A DNA stretch of 64,000 nucleotides, taken from Lentimicrobiaceae bacterium. GTDB lineage: Bacteria > Bacteroidota > Bacteroidia > Bacteroidales > JAAYJT01. Made by a program: the position numbers and the translations under genes. Shown in pieces: positions 49,456 to 59,154 of the stretch (position 1 is the first letter of the stretch; each line of letters opens with the position of its first letter). The stretch covers positions 14,945 through 78,944 of the forward strand of contig JBBIKG010000008.1 of the NCBI GenBank assembly GCA_037445555.1, in the 5' to 3' direction. Below the pieces are notes generated by a model that had not been told where the DNA came from, searched no databases, and worked only from the letters and a program-made list of their open reading frames with translations.

Positions 49456-50451
49456 ATGGCCAGCGACAAGAAAAATACCGAGTGGTTTATAATCGTCAAT
49501 CCCAATGCCGGCAGGCGTAAGGGAGAAAAAGACTGGCCTGAAATCAGTCGCCTGCTCACGAAATACAACATTAAGTACCAGTGCGTTTTCACTCAACACC
49601 GCATTCATGCCATCCGTATGGCGCGCCGCTATGTTGAGATGGGGTATAAAAACATCATTGTGGTGGGCGGCGATGGCACGCTGAACGAAGTAGTGAACGG
49701 AATCTTTACACAAAAAAAATTCCCGACCAACAGCATCACTGTCGGCATGATACCCGTTGGGACAGGCAACGACTGGGGCCGCACCTTCGGCCTTCCGCAC
49801 GATTACGAACAGGCTATCCGGGTGATTACCGAGGGAAAAACTTTTTTACAGGACATAGGATACGTCAGGTTCATGCAGGAAGGTGAAGAAAAGGGCCGAT
49901 ATTTTGCCAATATGGCCGGAATGGGCTATGATGCCATGGTGGCTGAGAAAACAAACCGGCAGAAAGACGCCGGCAAATCAAACCCATTCTCCTATTTCAT
50001 CAATATTTTTACCAGTCTGTTTGGTTTTAAGGAATCCAATACCACCGTTTTTGTTGACGATCACGAAGCGTTGAAAGCAAGGGTCTTCACTATGGTGGTG
50101 GGTATCTGCAACTTCAACGGGGGTGGAATGATGCAGCTGCCCAAAGCGATTCCCGACGACGGCAACCTCGATATGACTGTGATCACTCAGCTTAGCCGGT
50201 TCAGTGTGGTGCGAAATGTCCGGAAGCTCTACGACGGTTCCTTTCTCAACCTGCCGCAGGTACGTACTTTCAGAGGTAAAACGATTCAGATTGAATCACA
50301 CCCGCCCATCTACATGGAGGCCGATGGTGAATCGCTGGGGCATTCTCCGTTCAGATTCGGGCTGTTCCCAAAATCCTTGCGGGTAATTGCCGGCAAAGAC
50401 ATGAAGGCTACGGATTTTGCCAACGACCCTGCTCCTTCAACAACCGAATAA
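49456..50451 (+). CDS. Diacylglycerol-kinase-family lipid kinase (YegS/BmrU-like)
   Basis: 331 aa. Motifs: FIIVNPNAGRRKG, VVGGDGTLNEVVNG, PVGTGNDW. Confidence 0.85.
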   Translation: MASDKKNTEWFIIVNPNAGRRKGEKDWPEISRLLTKYNIKYQCVFTQHRIHAIRMARRYVEMGYKNIIVVGGDGTLNEVVNGIFTQKKFPTNSITVGMIPVGTGNDWGRTFGLPHDYEQAIRVITEGKTFLQDIGYVRFMQEGEEKGRYFANMAGMGYDAMVAEKTNRQKDAGKSNPFSYFINIFTSLFGFKESNTTVFVDDHEALKARVFTMVVGICNFNGGGMMQLPKAIPDDGNLDMTVITQLSRFSVVRNVRKLYDGSFLNLPQVRTFRGKTIQIESHPPIYMEADGESLGHSPFRFGLFPKSLRVIAGKDMKATDFANDPAPSTTE

Positions 50452-52171
50452 GTTCATCCACGGCTTCTGCCTCGCTGATTCCTCTGCGAACCGCTACCTT
50501 TCCCGCATAAAGAGTCACTTTTCCGTTGCCCTGCCCTACGTACCCGTAATCGGCATCTGCCATCTCGCCGGGCCCGTTTACAATGCAGCCCATTACTGCA
50601 ATTTTTAATCCTTTGAGGTGAGAGGTGGCTTTTTTGACTTTCTCCAGCGCCCCTTCCAGATCATACTTGGTTCTTCCGCAGCCCGGGCAGGCGATATACT
50701 CCGTTCTGACTATTCTCGACCGGGTTGCCTGCAATATAGTATAGCCCACCTCTGCCACCAGGGTTTCAGGCATATGTTTGTTTTCAAGCACGATGCCATC
50801 CGTGTATCCGTCCACCAGCAACGGGCCGTGAAGCAAAGCTGCTGTGATGGCAAACTCCCCTCCATCACTCATGTTCAGCCCCACAAAGGACAACAGGGGG
50901 TTAGCCAAACCCGACAATTCCATGACTCCGATCAGCCTTTTTGCATGGTCAAGCGAACGTTGATCTTTGAGCCGTAGCACCGGTACAAGCATACCGGGGC
51001 TCTTTTGCTCAGCAGTTTGCAGGAAATTGCTGATGTCAGCGTCGCCTGCTATATCAAAAAGTTTCAGACTCTTCTCGTGAGCCAATCCGTCGCCTGTGAG
51101 CCTGTCATCAGAGAATTCGCTAAGCCACCCTTCACGTTCCATTTTTTCTGACATCAGCCAAAAACCTTCATCTGAAATGGCTACTGTCGGTGGGTTGCTG
51201 CCGCCAAATACTCCAACATCGGTCGATCTACGTCGCTGGTAGCCAAACAGAGCATAATCAGCCGGTGCTGTGGGGGATTGGCCTGAAAAAATCCTGTTTG
51301 CAATTTGTTTTGGATAAAACTCACTGATCATCCTAGCAACCGGAATTTCATTTTCGGGGGGTTCAGTGAGTGACACGCGTATGGTGTCGCCAAGGCCGTC
51401 GGCAAGCAGGGTACCGATGCCCACAGCAGATTTGACGCGACCGTCCAGTCCGTTTCCTGCTTCGGTGACGCCAAGATGCAGCGGGTACTGCATATTTTCT
51501 TCTATCATCTTTGCGGCTAAAATCCGGGTGGCTGCTACCATCACCCGCACATTGCTCGACTTCATGGACAGCACAAGGTTATGAAACCCGTATCCATGAC
51601 AGATCCTGACAAACTCCATAGCCGACTCGGCCATTCCGAGCGGGCTGTCGCCGTATTGATCCATGATACGCTGCGAGAGCGAGCCATGGTTGGTTCCGAT
51701 ACGGATCACCGTGCCATACTGCTTGCAAATATCCAGCAGGGGCAAAAGCTTCTCTGATATTCTTTCAACTTCGCTTTTATCGCCGGATTTTGACTTGCTG
51801 TGCGACGTATTGCGCGGATTGTCGGCATAATTTCCCGGGTTGATTCTGACTTTTTCGACCAGACGGGCGGCAATTTCGGCCACCGTCGGATTAAAATGCA
51901 CATCGGCAATTAACGGAATATGGTATCCTGCCCTGACCATTTCCTTTTTGATGACGGCCAGATGTTCAGCTTCGCGGGGCGAGGGCGTGGCCAGGCGGAT
52001 ATAGTCGGCCCCGGCATTGGCAAGCCGGATACACTGCTCTACAGTGGCCCGTGTATCGAGGGTGTTGGTATTGGTCATGCTCTGCAACCTGACCGGGTGA
52101 GAGCCTCCCAGCTCCGTACCGCCAATGCTAACTTCGCGCGGGTACCATTGATAAAATACAGGATGCGGCAT
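50408..52171 (-). CDS. ispG: 4-hydroxy-3-methylbut-2-en-1-yl diphosphate synthase (long, three-domain form)
   Basis: 587 aa. Motifs: VRLQSMTNT, RINPGN, IACPGCGRT, MGCIVNGPGE. It has the inserted domain typical of Bacteroidetes and plastid-type IspG. Confidence 0.95.
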   Translation of the reverse strand: MPHPVFYQWYPREVSIGGTELGGSHPVRLQSMTNTNTLDTRATVEQCIRLANAGADYIRLATPSPREAEHLAVIKKEMVRAGYHIPLIADVHFNPTVAEIAARLVEKVRINPGNYADNPRNTSHSKSKSGDKSEVERISEKLLPLLDICKQYGTVIRIGTNHGSLSQRIMDQYGDSPLGMAESAMEFVRICHGYGFHNLVLSMKSSNVRVMVAATRILAAKMIEENMQYPLHLGVTEAGNGLDGRVKSAVGIGTLLADGLGDTIRVSLTEPPENEIPVARMISEFYPKQIANRIFSGQSPTAPADYALFGYQRRRSTDVGVFGGSNPPTVAISDEGFWLMSEKMEREGWLSEFSDDRLTGDGLAHEKSLKLFDIAGDADISNFLQTAEQKSPGMLVPVLRLKDQRSLDHAKRLIGVMELSGLANPLLSFVGLNMSDGGEFAITAALLHGPLLVDGYTDGIVLENKHMPETLVAEVGYTILQATRSRIVRTEYIACPGCGRTKYDLEGALEKVKKATSHLKGLKIAVMGCIVNGPGEMADADYGYVGQGNGKVTLYAGKVAVRRGISEAEAVDELIRLLKEQGRWQNP

Positions 52172-52205
52172 ATTAAAAACTTTTCCAAACCCGGATTTCA
52201 GAAGA

Positions 52206-52213
52206 CAAAAATA
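52206..52213 (-). promoter_or_regulatory. -7 box TATTTTTG (minus strand) for ispG
   Basis: Plus strand caaaaata, 35 nt upstream of the ispG ATG. Confidence 0.4.
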
Positions 52214-52231
52214 TAAAATGCGCCGTTTATA

Positions 52232-52239
52232 TACATTTG
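52232..52239 (+). promoter_or_regulatory. -7 box TACATTTG for the divergent lipoprotein gene
   Basis: Matches TAnnTTTG, 43 nt upstream of ATG 52282. Confidence 0.4.
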
Positions 52240-52281
52240 CAGCAGTTTGTGGTTGTTGGATAACAAATCAATATAGCATGT

Positions 52282-52836
52282 ATGAACCTTACTGTTAAAT
52301 ATTTGTTTCTCGTTTTCCTGACTGGCATTGTGTCGTGCAGCCGGCCCGGCAACGATAAATGGATCATTACCGACCGGATTCAATACGACGTAATCATCAA
52401 AAGCCCTGATGTTACGTTGGACTGGTGGGTGCAGAATATCGAAGGCCGCGACCGGGAGATATTCATCAATACCCTTATTGAAGGTGCTGCCAATGGAAAA
52501 ATAAAGGCCTATGATGCCTTTTCCTTTTCCTTGATCACCCCTGAGGCAGTCAGTAAGATCTTTCACCGCACCGACACCATCTCCTTATTTCAGAAATATC
52601 CGCCTTACGAGGCGTATGACTCGGTGGTTCAAAAAACACTGAGCAGGCAGGAAATCACGCGTATGAGGTTTCTCGAAGAATGGCTTCAGAATAAAAAGAC
52701 CCTGGAGATCCAAAAAAATGTGATCGGGTACTGCCCTATGATGCAGAGCTTTGACCAGGAAGGCAATCTGAGGGGGTATATGCCTTTGTTCTGGGTCTTT
52801 ACCCGCGACGGGTATCCCGAAATACTTAAGAAATAA
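52282..52836 (+). CDS. Hypothetical lipoprotein
   Basis: 184 aa with a lipobox (LTGIVSCS). No family recognised. Confidence 0.6.
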   Translation: MNLTVKYLFLVFLTGIVSCSRPGNDKWIITDRIQYDVIIKSPDVTLDWWVQNIEGRDREIFINTLIEGAANGKIKAYDAFSFSLITPEAVSKIFHRTDTISLFQKYPPYEAYDSVVQKTLSRQEITRMRFLEEWLQNKKTLEIQKNVIGYCPMMQSFDQEGNLRGYMPLFWVFTRDGYPEILKK

Positions 52837-52849
52837 ACCCGGAGGCGCC

Positions 52850-53482
52850 ATGGATGAGCAGGTTCAACAGTATGTGCTGGCGCATACGTCGCCCGGGATG
52901 GATGTTTTGGCCGGGCTTGCCCGCGAAACCTGGGTACACGTTTACGCCCCCCAGATGATGGCCAGCCCACTGCAGGGAGCTTTTTTACGCATGGTGAGCC
53001 ACATGGTAAAGCCCAATACTGTCCTCGAGCTGGGCACATTCACTGGGTATTCTGCCATCTGTCTCGCCCAGGGGTTGCGTAGAGGCGGACGGCTGCATAC
53101 GGTTGAAATAAACCTCGAACTTACCGAAATTGCCGCACGGTATTTTGCCAAAGCAGGCTTAAGCGAATCCATTGTGCAGCACACAGGCGATGCGCGCGAC
53201 ATAGTCCCCTCGCTTGATGACACATTTGACCTTATTTACCTCGACACCGGAAAAGAAATCTATAGCACCCTTTACGAGCTGTTAATTCCAAAACTAAAAA
53301 CAGGTGGGTTCTTGCTTGCGGATAATACACTCTGGTATGGCAAGGTGGCAGATTCTGATTTAAAAGCCGACAAAGACACCGCATCGCTCCGGCAGTTTAA
53401 TGACCTGGTGCAGAATGATTCAAGGGTCGAAAACCTGCTACTGCCTTTTGAGGATGGCATCATGGTGGTAAGAAAAATATAG
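52850..53482 (+). CDS. Class-I SAM-dependent O-methyltransferase (caffeoyl-CoA OMT-like)
   Basis: 210 aa. Motifs: VLELGTFTGYSAICLA, IYLDTGK, GGFLLADNTLWYG. Confidence 0.85.
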   Translation: MDEQVQQYVLAHTSPGMDVLAGLARETWVHVYAPQMMASPLQGAFLRMVSHMVKPNTVLELGTFTGYSAICLAQGLRRGGRLHTVEINLELTEIAARYFAKAGLSESIVQHTGDARDIVPSLDDTFDLIYLDTGKEIYSTLYELLIPKLKTGGFLLADNTLWYGKVADSDLKADKDTASLRQFNDLVQNDSRVENLLLPFEDGIMVVRKI

Positions 53483-53566
53483 GCACATTTACCGGGGATT
53501 TCGGGGCGATTTTTGTTCGAATGTGTAATTTAGCCAAACAAAATATATCACCTTAAATGCCAGCGT

Positions 53567-54076
53567 ATGAAAAGCAAAGAAAAAAGCATCGATTTGCTCA
53601 ACCGGGCTGTGGCCGATGAGCTGTCAGCGGTTCACCAGTATATGTATTTCCACTTCCACTGCAATGACATGGGCTTTGATCTCCTTGCCGGTTTGTTCAA
53701 AAAAACCGCTATCGAGGAGATGATGCATATCGAGCTTCTGGCCGAACGGGTTCTGTTTCTCAAAGGCGAGGTGGAGATGGTGGCCAGTCATAACGTGACA
53801 AAGATTACTGACGTCAGGCAGATGCTTGAACTGGCGGCAAAAATGGAAACAGGCAGCGCCAACGACTACAACGAATGGGCCAACGAATGCGCCCAAAATG
53901 CCGACTCGATGTCCAAAAAACTCTTTGAAACACTAGTGGCCGACGAAGAGCGGCATTTCGACCAGTACGACGTGGAAATGAATAACTTGAAGAAGTTTGG
54001 CGACAACTATCTCGCCCTTCAATCCATTGAGCGAAGCAAAGTTATTGGCCAGCCGGGAAGACCCGCAGCAGTCTAG
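53567..54076 (+). CDS. bfr: Bacterioferritin-like ferritin-family protein
   Basis: 169 aa. LNRAVADELSAVHQYMYFHF...EEMMHIELLAERVLFLKGE...DEERH matches di-iron ferroxidase ligand spacing. Confidence 0.75.
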   Translation: MKSKEKSIDLLNRAVADELSAVHQYMYFHFHCNDMGFDLLAGLFKKTAIEEMMHIELLAERVLFLKGEVEMVASHNVTKITDVRQMLELAAKMETGSANDYNEWANECAQNADSMSKKLFETLVADEERHFDQYDVEMNNLKKFGDNYLALQSIERSKVIGQPGRPAAV

Positions 54077-54208
54077 AACAGCCTTATCGCAATTTCATCC
54101 GACCCGGATTTCTGCATGGCAATAGGTACCGGGACACAAACGAATCCCACGCTGCACTCCTCAATCGAAAGATGACGCACTACTGCCCAATGCAAATTTT
54201 CAGCACCT

Positions 54209-55300
54209 ATGGAATACATCGCGCGGCCCACCCTGCTACTGGATGAGGCCAAATGCATCACAAACATAAGGCGCATGGCTCACAAGGCCAGGGAGAATGG
54301 CGTGCTACTCCGGCCCCACTTCAAGACCCACCAGAGCCGGGATATTGGTCGTTTTTTTCAGGACTTTGGCGTGGACTCCGTCACGGTGTCATCGGTACCG
54401 ATGGCACAATATTTTGCTGCGGCGAGCTGGAGCAATATTACGATAGCTTTTCCGGTGAATCTTCGCGAGCTGCCCGGAATAAACCAACTGGCCGGGAAAG
54501 TACGCCTAAATGTACTGGTCGATTCTGCAGAGGTGGTAAAACGGCTCAGCCAGGGGCTGCATCACCAGGCTGGAGTATTCATAGAGATTGATACGGGCGG
54601 GGGGCGCTCGGGAGCGCCCCCCGCCAACAAAGCCCATCTTCAAGGTCTGATTAGCGAAATCAAAAAATCCCCGAATCTGGAATTTCGTGGCTTCCTGACA
54701 CATGCCGGTCAAACCTATGAGGCGCGGGGCGAACAGGCAATCCTGCAGATTCATACCCAATCCACAGCCCTGATGGCCGAACTGAAAAACTATTTTTCAT
54801 CAGAAAACCCAATCATTTCCACAGGCGACACCCCCTCGTGCAGCCTGGCCAATGAGTTTGGCTGCACCGATGAAATCCGGCCCGGAAATTTTGTGTTTTA
54901 CGACCTTACGCAGCACTATATCGGAAGCTGCGCACTGGAAGATGTTGCCGTGGCAGTGGCCTGCCCCGTGGTGGCGAAATACGCTTCACGCAACGAGCTG
55001 GTGATCTGTGGCGGGGCTATTCACCTGAGTAAAGATTTTGCTGTCAATTCACGCGGCGTGAAAGTGTTTGGACGCCTGGCCTTACTTGATGACGATCACT
55101 GGAAGGCTCTGCCGGAAGGTAATGAGCTGATCTCGCTGTCGCAGGAACACGGAGTAGCCCGGATGGAAGAAAAGTACATAAAGCTGCTTTCGCCCGGCGA
55201 CCTGGTCTGCGTCATACCTGCCCATTCCTGCCTTACAGTTGCATTACACAGCCAGTATCAGGGCCTGAGCGGCAGGCAATACGACATCATGCAGCGGTAA
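54209..55300 (+). CDS. D-TA-family PLP enzyme (alanine-racemase-fold; D-threonine aldolase / D-serine dehydratase-like)
   Basis: 363 aa. RPHFKTHQS (PLP-Lys context), and HSC near the C-terminus. Confidence 0.7.
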   Translation: MEYIARPTLLLDEAKCITNIRRMAHKARENGVLLRPHFKTHQSRDIGRFFQDFGVDSVTVSSVPMAQYFAAASWSNITIAFPVNLRELPGINQLAGKVRLNVLVDSAEVVKRLSQGLHHQAGVFIEIDTGGGRSGAPPANKAHLQGLISEIKKSPNLEFRGFLTHAGQTYEARGEQAILQIHTQSTALMAELKNYFSSENPIISTGDTPSCSLANEFGCTDEIRPGNFVFYDLTQHYIGSCALEDVAVAVACPVVAKYASRNELVICGGAIHLSKDFAVNSRGVKVFGRLALLDDDHWKALPEGNELISLSQEHGVARMEEKYIKLLSPGDLVCVIPAHSCLTVALHSQYQGLSGRQYDIMQR

Positions 55301-55353
55301 ACAAAGAGCCTGGTTCATCAATCAAGACGCAACTGCTGCAGGACAATTTTTGA

Positions 55354-58323
55354 TCATGCTTCGGGCTTGAATACCACCCCGATGTTCTTCTTGCCGTCAA
55401 TAAGCACCGGAAGCGGTTTGTCAAACCTTACGTGACGAAGATATTCGTCTTCGTATAGCGCCGGTTGCTTCGACAAGTACTCCACATCATACACCCCTTC
55501 GTTGATGTAGGGATTAATGGTAAAATACCCCACCCTGAATGAGGTCAGGTTGTGGAAGAAGTGGGTGCCCTGGCTGGGATCTATCCTGTAGTTCTCCAAG
55601 CCGGATTCAACCATGACACGTGCGTTGGAAATCTGGGGCCATTTCACGGGTATGCCCAGCCATGGATCGCTTGATCCCCAGCGGCCAGGGCCAACGAGTA
55701 TATAAAATCTTTTTTCCGCAATCATCTGTTCGTTCAACCTGGCTAGGTCTTCGGCAATCTCGCTATTCTTTGCTGCGTTGAACGATTCGGGTTTTACATA
55801 CACCACATCAGTCAGGTTGCCGATGGTACCGTTGCCCATAGCCGTGGTCGAATACAGCAGTACCGACGACAGGTCGACAGCCTCAAGGTTGGTTTCCACC
55901 ATCTCCTTGCTTTGTACGATGGGCCTTATCTGGAGGAGGTTGAATACTTTTGGGTTCCCCTGGGTGTCAAGGTTTACAGCAAATTCTATTTCCACAGGTT
56001 TATTCATAGCCCGGTGCCCCATCGCAAGCGCTTCCAAGATAATATCAGCCAACGGAAACACATTATGCGTCAGTATGGCGCTGAAGGTGACAATCCGTCT
56101 GCCCTCGTCAAACATGCCGTCGCGCAGCTGGTTGGAGTGCGGGTCGAAGGTGCTGGCTACGAACCTCAGCGCGGGATGTTTCTCGGCTTCAGACAAACGC
56201 AGCTTCTTGATATTTACCCCGTCGTCGATGCAGGGATAAAAACTTTCGGCCTGAAGATCCAGGGCATGAAACGTGCGCTGCGTTTCTCTCAGGGCCAGTT
56301 CCGGAGTGCTGGTCTGCAGGATCTTTTTCGGGTACCGCGGCGAAAAGCGCAAGGTGAGCCCTCCATCCACGATGTACTTACCTAATCCATAGGCTATATT
56401 GGCGATGCCATCCATCGGCTTTTCGGGGGGTATCGGGTAAAAGTTAATGGATCGTGCCACCCCCGAAATGGTGGGATAATACAGATCGCCGTGTTGCGAT
56501 CCGCACACCTCCTGCAGCACAATGGCCATTTTTTCTTCTTCCATCACATTCAGCGTAGCCGACATGTAGGCCTTGCTGTCCTTATAATACGCCGAGGCAT
56601 ACACACTCTTGATGGCACCTGTCAGCATTTCTATCATCAACCGCTCTTCATTGGCTACGTAGGGTACCATATAGGTGCTGTAAATACCCGCAAATGGCTG
56701 ATAATACGAGTCTTCGAGCAGGCTTGACGAGCGTATGGCGATGGGACTTTTAACCACCGTGATGAAGGTATACAAATCTTCGTGTATGCGGAAAGGGAGG
56801 CGCGCGTTGACAAAATGCCGAAGGATCTCCTCATCGGGCAAATCACTCAGAGCCACCTGGTGCAACCGGTTGTCTTCCATAAACTCATCGAAAATATCGG
56901 TACAAAGCACCACGGTACGGGGGATGGTGATCTGAACGTCGGAATATTTCTCAAACGCGTGGTTCTGTTTGATCAGGTTATCGAGAAAAGCCAGACCGCG
57001 TGCCTTACCCCCGATCGAGCCGTCGCCTATGCGGGTGAAGTTGAGGTATTCATCAAAACTGTCGCGGTTGAATTTGGCGATGATGCCTCTCGATTTATTT
57101 AGCCTGTAAATGGCAATGGCATCAAACATGAAGCGGCGGAGGTCGTCCAGATCATTGAAATCTTCGGGGCGAAGCTCACGGAAAAGGTCGGCAAGCGAAA
57201 AGAGCGCCCTGGCCCGAAGCCATTTCGAGAAATGGTTTCGATCGACGTGATATTCAAGCGAACTGTCGGGGATGTCAAAAATTCTTTGCTGAAGTGCTTT
57301 GAGGTCATCTGCCCGCGCCACTTCGAGCTGGGTTAAAGGATCCTTGAAAACAAACGGACCGAACGAAAGATATTCAATCAGGAAACGCTTCAGCTCAAGC
57401 GAAAGGGTTTTGGAGTGCTTGTGGATAAAGCTTACCCTCAGTTGTTTTGCCGCCTCTCTCGCTTCCAGGTCGGATGATTGCAAAAGTATCGGCATAAACT
57501 CGTCTTGGGCTTTGACTTTTTGCACCAGCCTCAGCCCTGCTTCCGGATCAACTACGCCATTCCGGTTGTATTTCATATCGGTGATCACACCCAGAAGGTT
57601 ATGCTGATACTTATCGAACAGCTCCACCGCCTCCTCGTATGTGGTGGCGAGCAACACTTTTGGCCTCCCGCGCATCCGTAGCATCATCTGGTGTTCGTTA
57701 AGGCCTTCGGTCATGAATATTTTGCTCTGCTTGAAGATGATTTTAAAAATATGCGGCAGATAGGCCGAATAGAAACGTATGCTGTCCTCCACAAGCAGTA
57801 CGGCCTGCACACCCACCTCCTTCATATCATGCTCCATATTCATCTTATCCTCTATCAGCTTGACGATGGCAAGCAGGATGTCCGAATTACCGAGCCAGCA
57901 GAAGATGTAATCAATCACACTGGTATCCTCGCGGCTTACCTTGAGGGTGACCTCGCGCGAAAAAGCAGTAAGGACGACGATGGGAATATTCGGCCTGAAT
58001 TTCTTCACTTTTTTTGCCAGGTCAAACGTGTCGATGCCTTCATCGCTGAGCATGGTAATGATGAGGTCGATGTTTTCTTCGGCCAGGGTACGGAATGCCG
58101 CTTCGGGATTGTTAACCACAAAAAACTGGGGCGGGTAGCGCAAGCTCAGCGACACATATTCCATAAAAATCTGTTCATCCACCCTGCCGTCGCCTTCGAG
58201 TATAAAGGTGTCGTACTCACTGGCTATGAGAAGTATGTGATAGATACGCTTTTTCATCAGGTTGACAAAAGGCGTGTCTTCGAGGTAATATTTCTGAGCC
58301 AGTAATTTTTGCGCTTTATCCAT
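55354..58323 (-). CDS. Pseudo-receiver + receiver + PEP/pyruvate-binding (PPDK_N ATP-grasp-like) domain protein
   Basis: 989 aa. REC-like 1 is degenerate (ILLIASEYD, DLIITMLS). REC 2 keeps its acidic residues (VLLVEDS, GVITDMKY, FIHKHS). IGGKARGLAFL...IAIRSSSLLED resembles the PpsA/PPDK N-terminal nucleotide-binding domain. No GGxTSHAA swivel motif was seen. Confidence 0.7.
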   Translation of the reverse strand: MDKAQKLLAQKYYLEDTPFVNLMKKRIYHILLIASEYDTFILEGDGRVDEQIFMEYVSLSLRYPPQFFVVNNPEAAFRTLAEENIDLIITMLSDEGIDTFDLAKKVKKFRPNIPIVVLTAFSREVTLKVSREDTSVIDYIFCWLGNSDILLAIVKLIEDKMNMEHDMKEVGVQAVLLVEDSIRFYSAYLPHIFKIIFKQSKIFMTEGLNEHQMMLRMRGRPKVLLATTYEEAVELFDKYQHNLLGVITDMKYNRNGVVDPEAGLRLVQKVKAQDEFMPILLQSSDLEAREAAKQLRVSFIHKHSKTLSLELKRFLIEYLSFGPFVFKDPLTQLEVARADDLKALQQRIFDIPDSSLEYHVDRNHFSKWLRARALFSLADLFRELRPEDFNDLDDLRRFMFDAIAIYRLNKSRGIIAKFNRDSFDEYLNFTRIGDGSIGGKARGLAFLDNLIKQNHAFEKYSDVQITIPRTVVLCTDIFDEFMEDNRLHQVALSDLPDEEILRHFVNARLPFRIHEDLYTFITVVKSPIAIRSSSLLEDSYYQPFAGIYSTYMVPYVANEERLMIEMLTGAIKSVYASAYYKDSKAYMSATLNVMEEEKMAIVLQEVCGSQHGDLYYPTISGVARSINFYPIPPEKPMDGIANIAYGLGKYIVDGGLTLRFSPRYPKKILQTSTPELALRETQRTFHALDLQAESFYPCIDDGVNIKKLRLSEAEKHPALRFVASTFDPHSNQLRDGMFDEGRRIVTFSAILTHNVFPLADIILEALAMGHRAMNKPVEIEFAVNLDTQGNPKVFNLLQIRPIVQSKEMVETNLEAVDLSSVLLYSTTAMGNGTIGNLTDVVYVKPESFNAAKNSEIAEDLARLNEQMIAEKRFYILVGPGRWGSSDPWLGIPVKWPQISNARVMVESGLENYRIDPSQGTHFFHNLTSFRVGYFTINPYINEGVYDVEYLSKQPALYEDEYLRHVRFDKPLPVLIDGKKNIGVVFKPEA

Positions 58324-58399
58324 GGGGATGAAATCTTAGATGCGAATTGGGCATTCATCAAAAATAGGCATATTTTGCATAGAACGGGCACACTTTTTG

Positions 58400-58407
58400 T
58401 ATCTTTG
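58400..58407 (+). promoter_or_regulatory. -7 box TATCTTTG for ssrA
   Basis: Matches TAnnTTTG, 18 nt upstream of the mature tmRNA 5' end. Confidence 0.45.
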
Positions 58408-58424
58408 CAGGGCAGATATCATAT

Positions 58425-58796
58425 GGGACTGACCGGTTTTGACAGCAAGGAAGTGGTATTGTAAGCATGCCGGGCGTTGTGTTTTGGCCCGTTAATCCCA
58501 ATGCATATGCCAGATAAATGGCAACAATTACAATTACTCGTTAGCTGCTTAATCAAGCCTGATTAGGCGCTTTCTGCTTCCCGCAAAACTTTGCCTGGTG
58601 GTGTTGCGTACGAAGCATCGAAAAAACCGGGATTGGAAAGGTTCTGCTCTGCCGCCTTTCTGAAAAATCAGGAGCTAAGGATGTGGTGGGTTTGCCTTTG
58701 ACCAGTCTACATCCCGACAAGATAACAAAGGCTAAGCATGTAGAAAGCAGTATTGCTGCTTGTTTGGACGAGGGTTCGACTCCCTCCAGTTCCACC
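58425..58796 (+). ncRNA. ssrA: tmRNA (transfer-messenger RNA)
   Basis: The 5' GGGACUG pairs with the 3' CAGUUCC (G3:U wobble, the Ala identity element), followed by ACC. There is a T-arm GGGTTCGACTCCC. The tag reading frame is ggc aac aat tac aat tac tcg tta gct gct taa (58520-58552), giving GNNYNYSLAA*. Confidence 0.92.
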
Positions 58797-58803
58797 GCCA
58801 TAA

Positions 58804-58831
58804 GGCTGCCTCACCAGGGCAGCCTTTTTTT
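58804..58831 (+). terminator. Rho-independent terminator of ssrA
   Basis: ggctgcc / ggcagcc stem with a 7-nt loop, followed by T7. Confidence 0.8.
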
Positions 58832-59073
58832 ATAGGTAACCCCTTTGACAACCTCACGCTGCACCTGACCGGGATCTTGTTGGTGTTAAGTGCACTCAAA
58901 TGTTTATTCTTTAAATTTGTTACTTATAATGTGGCATTTGTAAGTTGAATCTGCCCATGAAGAAAGTTTTTTAAATGAACCAGCTTAGACAATTGCCGAC
59001 GCTCAACAGCCACATTTCCCCAAAGCCCTCGGTGGTATATTTTTGAGTTGAGTCTGCCGGGCCATTTTTTTAC

Positions 59074-59091
59074 TCCCGATTTTTATCGGGA
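59074..59091. repeat. Mini-palindrome family B copy (TCCCGAT-tttt-ATCGGGA)
   Basis: 7-bp arms with the same TCCCGA...TCGGGA core as 60101-60118 and 63347-63364. Confidence 0.8.
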
Positions 59092-59154
59092 CTCTGACAC
59101 GATCCGACTGAAAAACTTATCTTAACCGACTGAAATAGAAAACATAACTTGTAC

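Noticed and set aside
50408-50451. 44-nt convergent overlap of the 3' ends of the lipid kinase gene and ispG.
   Set aside because: It is most simply explained by an unconserved read-through tail on the kinase (…KDMKATDFANDPAPSTTE) before the first stop codon. There is no evidence of function.
58553-58948. ORFs 58553-58801 (-) and 58760-58948 (+) around ssrA.
   Set aside because: They overlap the tmRNA gene and its terminator. The tmRNA call is much better supported (acceptor stem with G3:U, T-arm, tag ORF).
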